From Anaerolineales bacterium (GTDB lineage: Bacteria; Chloroflexota; Anaerolineae; Anaerolineales; Villigracilaceae), in the NCBI GenBank assembly GCA_030680795.1, contig JAUXUL010000036.1, positions 16,766-80,765 on the forward strand: a DNA stretch of 64,000 bases. Direction: 5' to 3'. The translations under genes were made by a program, and so were the position numbers. Below, piece by piece: positions 1 through 6,114 of this stretch. The notes under the pieces are model-generated. The model ran no database searches and was not told where the DNA came from. It was given only the letters and a program-made list of their open reading frames with translations. Numbering within the stretch: position 1 is the first letter of the stretch; each line of letters begins with the position of its first letter.

Positions 1-61
1 GCTTGCTTCAACGGAGGAACGCCGTCTTGCATTAACATTGTTCATAATGAGAATTGCTGAC

Positions 62-103
62 TTGACAGGGGGATGTTTCTATGTGAGAATTCAGAAACTG
101 AAT
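62..103 (+). promoter_or_regulatory. Candidate promoter plus dyad operator, regulator unit 1
   Basis: TTGACA 62-67, 17-nt spacer, TG-extended GAGAAT 85-90. Perfect dyad ATTCAG(89-94)-AAA-CTGAAT(98-103) overlaps the -10. Same architecture recurs at 1662, 3675 and 5584. Confidence 0.6.
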
Positions 104-112
104 GCTCAACCT

Positions 113-580
113 ATGACAGATATCAAACCAAACGAATACGCACTTCTCAATGAAATTGCCCAAGACTCAATGGTAACCCAGGCAAATTTATCAGACCGAC
201 TGGGTATTGCTGTTGGCAGCGTCAACTGGTATATCAAACGTCTCATTACTCGCGGCTGGGTCAAGGTCTCACACCTCGATCGTACGCGCCTGAAATATGA
301 CCTGACAGCGGAAGGCATGGCTGTTCTTTCACAGCGTGCGCTGCTTTATGCCCGCGACTCGCTCAAAGTGTATGGCCAGTATAGAGTAAAAGCAAAGACC
401 CTTGTAAAAGATTTGAAAGAGCAGGGTATTCGGTCCGTATATATTGACGGTGATGATGAAGCCATGGATATCATGCGCCTGACCTGTATTGAAAACGAGA
501 TCCTGCTAAGCGAGGCCCCACAAGATGTTGCGCTGAAGGCCGTTGGACAGGAATTTCAGGTGATCGTTTCCTCTTCCTGA
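113..580 (+). CDS. Small winged-helix (MarR-like) transcriptional regulator with short Rossmann-like C-terminal module, paralog 1
   Basis: ORF 38-580. Start placed at ATG 113 (MTDIKPNEY), where the paralogs become colinear. wHTH segment QANLSDRLGIAVGSVNWYIKRLITRGWVKV; C-terminal VYIDGDDEAMDIMRLTCIENEI. Confidence 0.75.
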   Translation: MTDIKPNEYALLNEIAQDSMVTQANLSDRLGIAVGSVNWYIKRLITRGWVKVSHLDRTRLKYDLTAEGMAVLSQRALLYARDSLKVYGQYRVKAKTLVKDLKEQGIRSVYIDGDDEAMDIMRLTCIENEILLSEAPQDVALKAVGQEFQVIVSSS

Positions 581-611
581 TCTGTAAATTTTACAAGGAC
601 TAAAGAGTATT

Positions 612-872
612 ATGACTGCAAGCAATAGTGCAATTTTAAAGGACGAATGGGATCTTATTATCCGCCCGCAACGGAATTGGTGGGATCTGCATTTGGATGA
701 CTTGTGGCGCTACCGCGACCTGATTCAGTTGTTGGTCTGGCGCGATTTTGTGGCTTATTACAAGCAGACCATTCTAGGACCGTTGTGGTATATCATCCAG
801 CCGGTACTGACGACCGTTGTCTTTACTGTGATTTTTGGGAACATTGCCAAACTTTCCACCGACGGCCTGCCT
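612..872 (+). pseudogene. 5' remnant (about 87 codons) of an ABC-2 (Wzm-type) permease gene
   Basis: MTASNSAILKDEWDLIIRPQRNWWDLHLDDLWRYRDLIQLLVWRDFVAYYKQTILGPLWYIIQPV... resembles the N-terminus of the intact Wzm at 25863. Colinearity with the second remnant (2399-) stops after STDGLP. The rest of ORF 612-1013 is unrelated read-through. Confidence 0.75.
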
Positions 873-1085
873 GTGCGTACACGCAGACAGGTTGTCTCTT
901 TCGACATTGAGTATAAATGTAGGAAGGGCGGATGCTGGAAAAACAGGGTAGGGCAACTGCAAGGTGATAAAACTTGTAGCCGGGACAATTCGTTTTGGGT
1001 TTTGAATGTATAGTAGAATCACGCTTGTAGACCGGCAGACCCTAATCCAGATGTGTATTGAAAATGTCAGACGCAGGAGGTTCCA

Positions 1086-1337
1086 ATGATTCATGAATAT
1101 ATCGAAACTGCTTTACGCCACGCGCATTATGAGATCATAAAAGACGAGCAACCCTATTATGGTGAAGTGCCAGAGTTACAGGGGGTTTGGGCGACAGGAA
1201 AATCCCTGGAAGAATGCCGTCAGAACCTGACCGAAGTCGTGGATGGTTGGGTGTTAGTAAGACTGGCGCGCGGATTGCCAATTCCTCCTATCGGTAAGAT
1301 GCAAATCAGACTTCCACAGAAGATGGCTGTTGCCTAA
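1086..1337 (+). CDS. hicB: HicB-family antitoxin
   Basis: 83 aa. YYGEVPELQGVWATGKSLEECRQNLTEVVDGWV matches the HicB/UPF0150 fold pattern. Overlaps the downstream HicA-like ORF; GGAGG precedes the ATG. Confidence 0.7.
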   Translation: MIHEYIETALRHAHYEIIKDEQPYYGEVPELQGVWATGKSLEECRQNLTEVVDGWVLVRLARGLPIPPIGKMQIRLPQKMAVA

Positions 1338-1551
1338 ACTTTCTCCTGTCAGTTGGCGGGAATTCGTCAAACGCCTGCGTCAATTGGGCTTTGAGGGACC
1401 CTTTGAAGGTGGTCAGCATCCCTACATGGTGCATGGAGACCTCGTTGTGACGATTCCAAACCCACACCGCAGTGAAATAAGTGTGGATTTACTTCAGCTA
1501 ATACTGCGCCAGGCAGGAATAAGCCGTAAAGAGTGGCTTGGCGAGTCATAA
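1330..1551 (+). CDS. hicA: HicA-family toxin (YcfA-like)
   Basis: 73 aa, TTG start. SWREFVKRLRQLGFEGPFEGGQHPYMVHGDLVVTIPNPHRSEISVDLLQLILRQAGISRKEW is typical HicA. 8-nt overlap with hicB. Confidence 0.7.
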   Translation: MPKLSPVSWREFVKRLRQLGFEGPFEGGQHPYMVHGDLVVTIPNPHRSEISVDLLQLILRQAGISRKEWLGES

Positions 1552-1661
1552 CCGTCTTCACGCGAAGCGTTCATCCTTCCTAATTCATCCTTTCCTCCCC
1601 GTCCTCGGTCTCCGGTCCTCGGTCTTTTTCCCCCTTTGGGCTAACATTATAGAATTTCCAC

Positions 1662-1703
1662 TTGACAGGATGCTGTTTCCATGCGAGAATTCAGAAACTG
1701 AAT
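1662..1703 (+). promoter_or_regulatory. Candidate promoter plus dyad operator, regulator unit 2
   Basis: TTGACA 1662-1667, N17, GAGAAT 1685-1690. ATTCAG 1689-1694 / CTGAAT 1698-1703. Confidence 0.6.
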
Positions 1704-1713
1704 GCTCAAACCG

Positions 1714-2181
1714 ATGACAGATGTTAAACAGCACGAATATGATCTTTTGAACGAGATTGCCCGGGACTCACTCGGCACCCAGGCCAATCTATCCGACCGC
1801 CTGGGGATCGCCGTCGGCAGCGTGAATTGGTACATCAAGCGCCTGATTAACCGCGGCTGGGTCAAGGTCTCGCACCTCGATCGTACCCGCCTGAAATATG
1901 ACCTGACCTCGGAAGGCATGGCTGTTCTTTCACAGCGCGCCCTGCTTTATGCCCGCGACTCGCTCAAAGTGTATGGCCAGTATAGAGTAAAAGCGCAGAC
2001 TCTGGTAAAAGATCTGAAAGAGCAGGGTATTCGGTCCGTTTATATTGACGGAAATGACGAAGCCATGGATATCCTACGCCTGACCTGTATTGAAAACGAG
2101 ATCCTGCTAAGCGATGCCCCACAAGGTGTTGCGCTGAAGGCCGTTGGACAGGAATTTCAAGTGATCGTTTCCTCTTCCTGA
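1714..2181 (+). CDS. wHTH regulator paralog 2 (mosaic of paralog-3-like 5' half and paralog-1-like 3' half)
   Basis: ORF 1702-2181, conserved start ATG 1714. Same wHTH GIAVGSVNWYIKRLINRGWVKV and the same C-terminal module as paralog 1. Confidence 0.75.
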   Translation: MTDVKQHEYDLLNEIARDSLGTQANLSDRLGIAVGSVNWYIKRLINRGWVKVSHLDRTRLKYDLTSEGMAVLSQRALLYARDSLKVYGQYRVKAQTLVKDLKEQGIRSVYIDGNDEAMDILRLTCIENEILLSDAPQGVALKAVGQEFQVIVSSS

Positions 2182-2216
2182 TATGAAATTATGACTATAC
2201 TGCAAAAACATAAAAC

Positions 2217-2348
2217 TTTAACGCAAGGACGCTAGGACGCAAAAAAATAAAAGTTTTGGCGTAAAATGTTGCAACATTTTGCCTCAAGAACGCGCAAAAG
2301 TGAAGTATCTTTTTGAAAATCTTGGCGACTTTGCGCCTTTGCGTTAAA
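2217..2348. repeat. MITE-like hairpin element inserted between regulator 2 and wzm remnant 2
   Basis: Segment about 2184-2376 is absent from the equivalent spacer of unit 1. Imperfect terminal inverted repeats TTTAACGCAAGG (2217-2228) / CCTTTGCGTTAAA (2336-2348). Central 18-bp palindrome AAAATGTTGCAACATTTT. Confidence 0.5.
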
Positions 2349-2398
2349 AATTTGACTTTTTTCAGTGGTCTCAATTATTACAAGGACTAAAGAGTATT

Positions 2399-2725
2399 AT
2401 GACTGCAAGCAATAGCGCAATTTTAAAAGATGAATGGGACCTTATCATCCGCCCGCAGCGTAATTGGTGGGATTTGCATTTGGCTGACTTATGGGCGTTA
2501 CCGTGATCTGATCCAGCTATTGGTCTGGCGCGATTTTGTAGCTTATTACAAACAGACCATTCTGGGGCCGCTCTGGTATATCATCCAACCGGTGCTGACC
2601 ACAGTTGTCTTTACCGTTATTTTTGGGAACATTGCCAAACTTTCCACTGATGGACTGCCTCCATTCTTGTTTTACATGGCGGGAACCACGGTCTGGAGTT
2701 ATTTCAGCGCCTGCCTGGTGAGCAC
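2399..2725 (+). pseudogene. Second 5' remnant of the same Wzm-type permease gene, frameshifted and truncated
   Basis: ATG 2399 reads MTASNSAILKDEWDLIIRPQRNWWDLHLADLWALP then stop. A 1-nt insertion relative to remnant 1 shifts into ORF 2430-2759 (RYRDLIQLLVWRDFVAYYKQTILGPLWY...PPFLFYMAGTTVWSYFSACL). Permease similarity ends near 2725. Confidence 0.75.
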
Positions 2726-2864
2726 CTCCGTCTCCCGTTCTCCGTCCACTACTCCCTGATTACTGTTGCTTCGCTTGCTTCGGTATGGGGGGTGAAGTAT
2801 ACTGGGATGGTAAGGATTGGATAAAAGACAGTGGTGATTGGAATCGCCCGGAGGATCTGAAATA

Positions 2865-3119
2865 TTGACACACACAGTGAAAATCGAGTTGCCTGAGAGT
2901 TTGCTTGACCGCGCCCGTGTTGAGGCCTGGGATGAAGCTCGTGAATTGGTCACGTTCCTGCTTGAAAGGTACGTGCAAGAGTTGGAAAAGGCGCAGCGCT
3001 GGCAGGCTTACGAGGCCTATTATGAGGCGCGCACGCCGCAAGACGAAGCAGAAGAGCGTGAACTGATGGCCGATTTTGCCTTCGCCGATGCAGAATCTAA
3101 CGATGTATTTCCGATATGA
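2865..3119 (+). CDS. Putative antitoxin of the MazF-type toxin (family not recognised)
   Basis: ORF 2838-3119. TTG 2865 lies 9 nt after GGAGGA (2850-2855). Acidic C-terminus; ATGA overlap with the downstream toxin gene. Confidence 0.5.
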   Translation: MTHTVKIELPESLLDRARVEAWDEARELVTFLLERYVQELEKAQRWQAYEAYYEARTPQDEAEERELMADFAFADAESNDVFPI

Positions 3120-3460
3120 ACCAGGTCGTTCAGCGTGGAGACATCTTTTGGGCTAACCTGGATCCGACGATTGGGGTTGAGATCAAGAAGGCCAGGCCTG
3201 TCGTAGTAGTCTCCAATAACGTGATAAACCAGCGCAGCCAACTGGTCATCGTCGTGCCGTTGACGACAAACATTGAACGCCTTTCTCCCAGCCATGTCTT
3301 GATCCCTCGTGGCGAAGGTGGGTTGAGTCAGGATTCCAAAGTTCTCACTGAACAAATCCGGGCAATGGACAAACAACGGTTGACCGGCAAGGCTGGCAGC
3401 CTGTCGGAGCGTTTTCTACGATTGATTGAACAGGCGCTCCACAATTCTCTCGACATGTGA
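3116..3460 (+). CDS. mazF: MazF/PemK-family endoribonuclease toxin
   Basis: 114 aa. RGDIFWANLDPTIGVEIKKARPVVVVSNN...LVIVVPLTTN is the classic PemK/MazF signature. Confidence 0.85.
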   Translation: MNQVVQRGDIFWANLDPTIGVEIKKARPVVVVSNNVINQRSQLVIVVPLTTNIERLSPSHVLIPRGEGGLSQDSKVLTEQIRAMDKQRLTGKAGSLSERFLRLIEQALHNSLDM

Positions 3461-3508
3461 ATTCATTTCGAGCGCATCACCCTCGCGCCTCGCATCGCCC
3501 GCAAGACT

Positions 3509-3647
3509 ATGCTCCAGCCGCCGTCCCTTGCGAAGCATCCTGTGGACGGCGGCGTTTGCAGGGTAAATCTGGCAGATTGAGCCTGTCGAAATCTTGCCCG
3601 AGGCTTGTACTGCCGAAGGTGTCGAAGTGACGGCGCAAGGAGCAACT
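3509..3647. repeat. Structured repeat, family D, long copy
   Basis: Shares ATGCTCCAGCCGCCGTCC, GGCGTTTGCAGGGTAAATCT, CGAGGCTTGTACTG, AGCCTGTCGAA and GTGACGGCGCAAGGAGCAACT with 5453-5546. The ends are complementary (TGCTCC..GCCGTC / GACGGC..GGAGCA). Confidence 0.6.
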
Positions 3648-3674
3648 TGCCGACCCTGGGCTGAATTTTCCCAC

Positions 3675-3716
3675 TTGACAAGGGGGTATTTCCATGTGAG
3701 AATTCAGAAACTGAAT
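3675..3716 (+). promoter_or_regulatory. Candidate promoter plus dyad operator, regulator unit 3
   Basis: TTGACA 3675-3680, N17, GAGAAT 3698-3703. ATTCAG 3702-3707 / CTGAAT 3711-3716. Confidence 0.6.
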
Positions 3717-3726
3717 GCTCAAGCCG

Positions 3727-3990
3727 ATGACAGATGTTAAACAGCACGAATATGATCTTTTGAACGAGATAGCCCGGGACTCGCTCGGCACCCAGGCCCA
3801 TCTATCCGACCGGCTGGGGATCGCCGTCGGCAGCGTGAATTGGTATATCAAACGCCTGATTAATCGCGGCTGGGTCAAGGTCTCGCACCTCGATCGTACC
3901 CGCCTGAAATACGATCTGACCTCGGAAGATTTGCGGGTTATTACCCAACGCATGATGTCCTGCGCTCGGGATTCGTTGAAGGTGTATTGA
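3727..3990 (+). CDS. C-terminally truncated regulator paralog 3 (wHTH only, 87 aa); possibly a pseudogene
   Basis: Colinear with paralog 2 to ...LKYDLTSE, then a divergent 20 aa ending ARDSLKVY. Its stop TGA abuts the wecB-like ATG (TGAATG). Confidence 0.6.
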   Translation: MTDVKQHEYDLLNEIARDSLGTQAHLSDRLGIAVGSVNWYIKRLINRGWVKVSHLDRTRLKYDLTSEDLRVITQRMMSCARDSLKVY

Positions 3991-5061
3991 ATGGGAATTA
4001 AGACCATCGCTTCCATTGTCGGCGCGCGGCCGCAGTTCATAAAAGCCGCGCCTGTTTCGCGCGCGCTGGCTTCTGATTTCAAGGAAGTTTTTATCCATAC
4101 CGGCCAGCATTATGACCATGGGATGTCTGAGGTTTTCTTTACTGAAATGGAAATGCGCCCGCCCGATTTCAATTTGGGAATTGGCGGCGGTTCGCATGGG
4201 GAGCAAACCGGGAAGATGCTGGTTGAATTGGAGAAAATCTTCGACAATGTGAAGCCCGATTGCGTGCTTGTTTATGGCGATACCAATTCCACGCTGGCGG
4301 GCGCGCTTGCGGCGGCCAAGGCGGGGATTCCGCTTGCGCACGTGGAAGCAGGCTTGAGGTCCTATAACAGAGCGATGCCCGAGGAAGTGAATCGTGTGCT
4401 GACCGATCATGTCTCCAGCATGTTGTTTTGTCCCACACATGCGGCGGTCGAAAACCTTGCAAAAGAGGGAATTGTGAACGGCGTTCATCGTGTGGGGGAT
4501 GTGATGTGCGATGCGCTTTTACATAATCTCGCCAATGCGCGTGCGAGATCGAAAATTTTGAGGCGGCTTGATCTGAAGGCGGGTGAGTACTCGCTCGCCA
4601 CGGTTCATCGCGCCGCCAATACAGACGATGCGGAACGGATGCGTTCGATTCTTAGCGGGTTGGGGAGGCTGTCCACCCGGGTTGTTTTTCCTGTGCATCC
4701 GCGCACGCGCAAAGTGATCCAGGAATGGGGCATTTCAGCGGGTTCAAATGTGCTGATGGTTGAACCGGTTGGTTACTTTGATATGTTGATCTTGCAGGAA
4801 AATGCCGATTGTATTTTGACCGATTCAGGCGGCGTGCAAAAGGAAGCCTACCTTGCAGGCGTGCGCTGCATCACGCTGCGCGAAGAGACCGAATGGGTGG
4901 AAACAGTATCTGGTGGCTGGAATAAACTGGTAGGCGCGAACACGAACATGATCGTGGATACCTATAACACATGGCATCCGCAAGGGGAACGCGCTCCCTT
5001 GTATGGGGACGGCCATTCTGCGCCTCAAATCTGTAAGTTAATTTCCTCGACCCTTGGTTGA
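3991..5061 (+). CDS. wecB: UDP-N-acetylglucosamine 2-epimerase family (WecB/WbpI-type, non-hydrolysing)
   Basis: 356 aa. IVGARPQFIKAAPV, HTGQHYD, GDTNSTLAGALAA and HVEAGLRSYNRAMPEEVNR motifs. Confidence 0.85.
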   Translation: MGIKTIASIVGARPQFIKAAPVSRALASDFKEVFIHTGQHYDHGMSEVFFTEMEMRPPDFNLGIGGGSHGEQTGKMLVELEKIFDNVKPDCVLVYGDTNSTLAGALAAAKAGIPLAHVEAGLRSYNRAMPEEVNRVLTDHVSSMLFCPTHAAVENLAKEGIVNGVHRVGDVMCDALLHNLANARARSKILRRLDLKAGEYSLATVHRAANTDDAERMRSILSGLGRLSTRVVFPVHPRTRKVIQEWGISAGSNVLMVEPVGYFDMLILQENADCILTDSGGVQKEAYLAGVRCITLREETEWVETVSGGWNKLVGANTNMIVDTYNTWHPQGERAPLYGDGHSAPQICKLISSTLG

Positions 5062-5114
5062 TTATGGCTTTTGCAAAGTTGCTTGACAAAAGCAAAAGCC
5101 GTACTCTGAAACAT

Positions 5115-5182
5115 GTCACCCTGAGCGGAGCGAAGGGTCTCTGAGATGAAAACAGAGATTCTTCGCTTCGCTACTAAGGAAC
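5115..5182. repeat. Palindromic element family B (right end degenerate)
   Basis: GTCACCCTGAGCGGAGCGAAGGGTCTCTGA... is nearly identical to the start of the copy at 29756. Confidence 0.6.
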
Positions 5183-5195
5183 AAGAATTTGTGGC

Positions 5196-5211
5196 GCGAC
5201 ATTTATGTCGC
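5196..5211. repeat. 16-bp palindrome GCGACATTTATGTCGC (family E)
   Basis: Identical 16-mer recurs at 54230-54245. Confidence 0.6.
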
Positions 5212-5452
5212 TTGACCGTGCAGAGCAACATATTGCATATTAACAATTAAACCGAGCAATCCATAAAACCTATTTTGAACCACCAAAACACGGAGAAAAC
5301 CAATTTAAAAACTCCATGACTCGGTATCTCCGTGGTAAAGGCTTTATCTTTCCTTGAGGATGATTTGCTCGATTAATTTGGAAAGCTTCAAAATGTCGCG
5401 CTACGGATACCGCCCAAGTTCCTTTGGCTTTGAACAACGTCTTTTTTTGCTT

Positions 5453-5546
5453 ATGCTCCAGCCGCCGTCCCCAGCGGCGTTTGCAGGGTAAATCTTGCGC
5501 CGAGGCTTGTACTGAGCCTGTCGAAGTGACGGCGCAAGGAGCAACT
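5453..5546. repeat. Structured repeat, family D, short copy
   Basis: See 3509-3647. Both copies lie about 30-40 nt upstream of a regulator promoter and are followed by ACCCTGGGCTGA. Confidence 0.6.
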
Positions 5547-5583
5547 TGTTAATTTCCTCAACCCTGGGCTGAGATTTCATCAC

Positions 5584-5625
5584 TTGACAGGGGGATGGTT
5601 CTATGTGAGAATTCAGAAACTGAAT
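5584..5625 (+). promoter_or_regulatory. Candidate promoter plus dyad operator, regulator unit 4
   Basis: TTGACA 5584-5589, N17, GAGAAT 5607-5612. ATTCAG 5611-5616 / CTGAAT 5620-5625. Confidence 0.6.
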
Positions 5626-5634
5626 GCTCAACCT

Positions 5635-6114
5635 ATGACCGAAGTCAAACAGCACGAATACGCCCTTCTCAATGAAATTGCCCAGAACTCAATGGTAACC
5701 CAGGCGAATCTATCTGACCGCCTGGGCATTGCGGTTGGCAGCGTCAATTGGTACATTAAACGATTGATCCAGCGCGGCTGGGTCAAGGTCTCTCATCTTG
5801 ACCGTACGCGCTTGAAGTATGATCTCACGCCTGATGGGATGGCAGTATTCACGCAAAGGGCTTTGCTATATGCGCGTGATTCTTTGAAAGTGTATGGAAA
5901 TCTTCGGCAGAAAGCAAAGGCACTGGTCACGGAATTACAGGAACAAGACCTTCAGCAGGTCTATCTCAATGGCGATGATGAGGCCATGGATATACTGCGT
6001 CTCACTTGTATTGAAGCGGGGATTCAAATAAGTGATATTCCAGAAGAGTGTATCCTTGAAGCCGTTGGGCAGGGGTACCAGGTGAAACGCTTGAAAGGAA
6101 AAAACCATGCCTAA
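5635..6114 (+). CDS. wHTH regulator paralog 4
   Basis: ORF 5584-6114, conserved start ATG 5635 (MTEVKQHEY). wHTH GIAVGSVNWYIKRLIQRGWVKV. Divergent C-terminal half VYLNGDDEAMDILRLTCIEAGI. 8-nt overlap with the next gene. Confidence 0.75.
   Translation: MTEVKQHEYALLNEIAQNSMVTQANLSDRLGIAVGSVNWYIKRLIQRGWVKVSHLDRTRLKYDLTPDGMAVFTQRALLYARDSLKVYGNLRQKAKALVTELQEQDLQQVYLNGDDEAMDILRLTCIEAGIQISDIPEECILEAVGQGYQVKRLKGKNHA

Noticed and set aside
38-112. N-terminal ORF extensions in the track: 38-112, 5584-5634, 24722-24826, 25665-25862, 32768-32848, 40633-40716 and 61344-61394.
   Set aside because: The extensions read through promoters, palindromic repeats or DnaA-box arrays. Better starts with RBS-like sequences, or with colinearity between paralogs, exist downstream.
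612-1013. The 133-aa ORF taken as an intact small membrane protein gene.
   Set aside because: Only the first 87 or so codons match Wzm-type permeases and the second remnant. The remainder is unrelated read-through into the hicBA upstream region.
3802-4488. Long antisense ORFs overlapping well-supported genes: 3802-4488, 7063-7683, 26755-27258, 30702-31166, 35596-36246, 39386-40567, 51823-52395 and 55826-56371.
   Set aside because: Each lies opposite a gene with clear family motifs and has no recognisable motifs of its own. They are Arg/His/Cys-rich shadow frames of the kind expected opposite real genes.
5062-5583. Possible CRISPR array, or an RNA gene (tRNA or rRNA), among the many repeats.
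   Set aside because: The repeats belong to different families, are palindromic hairpins rather than regularly spaced direct repeats with unique spacers, and no cas genes are present. No cloverleaf-like or rRNA-like sequence was seen by eye anywhere in the window.
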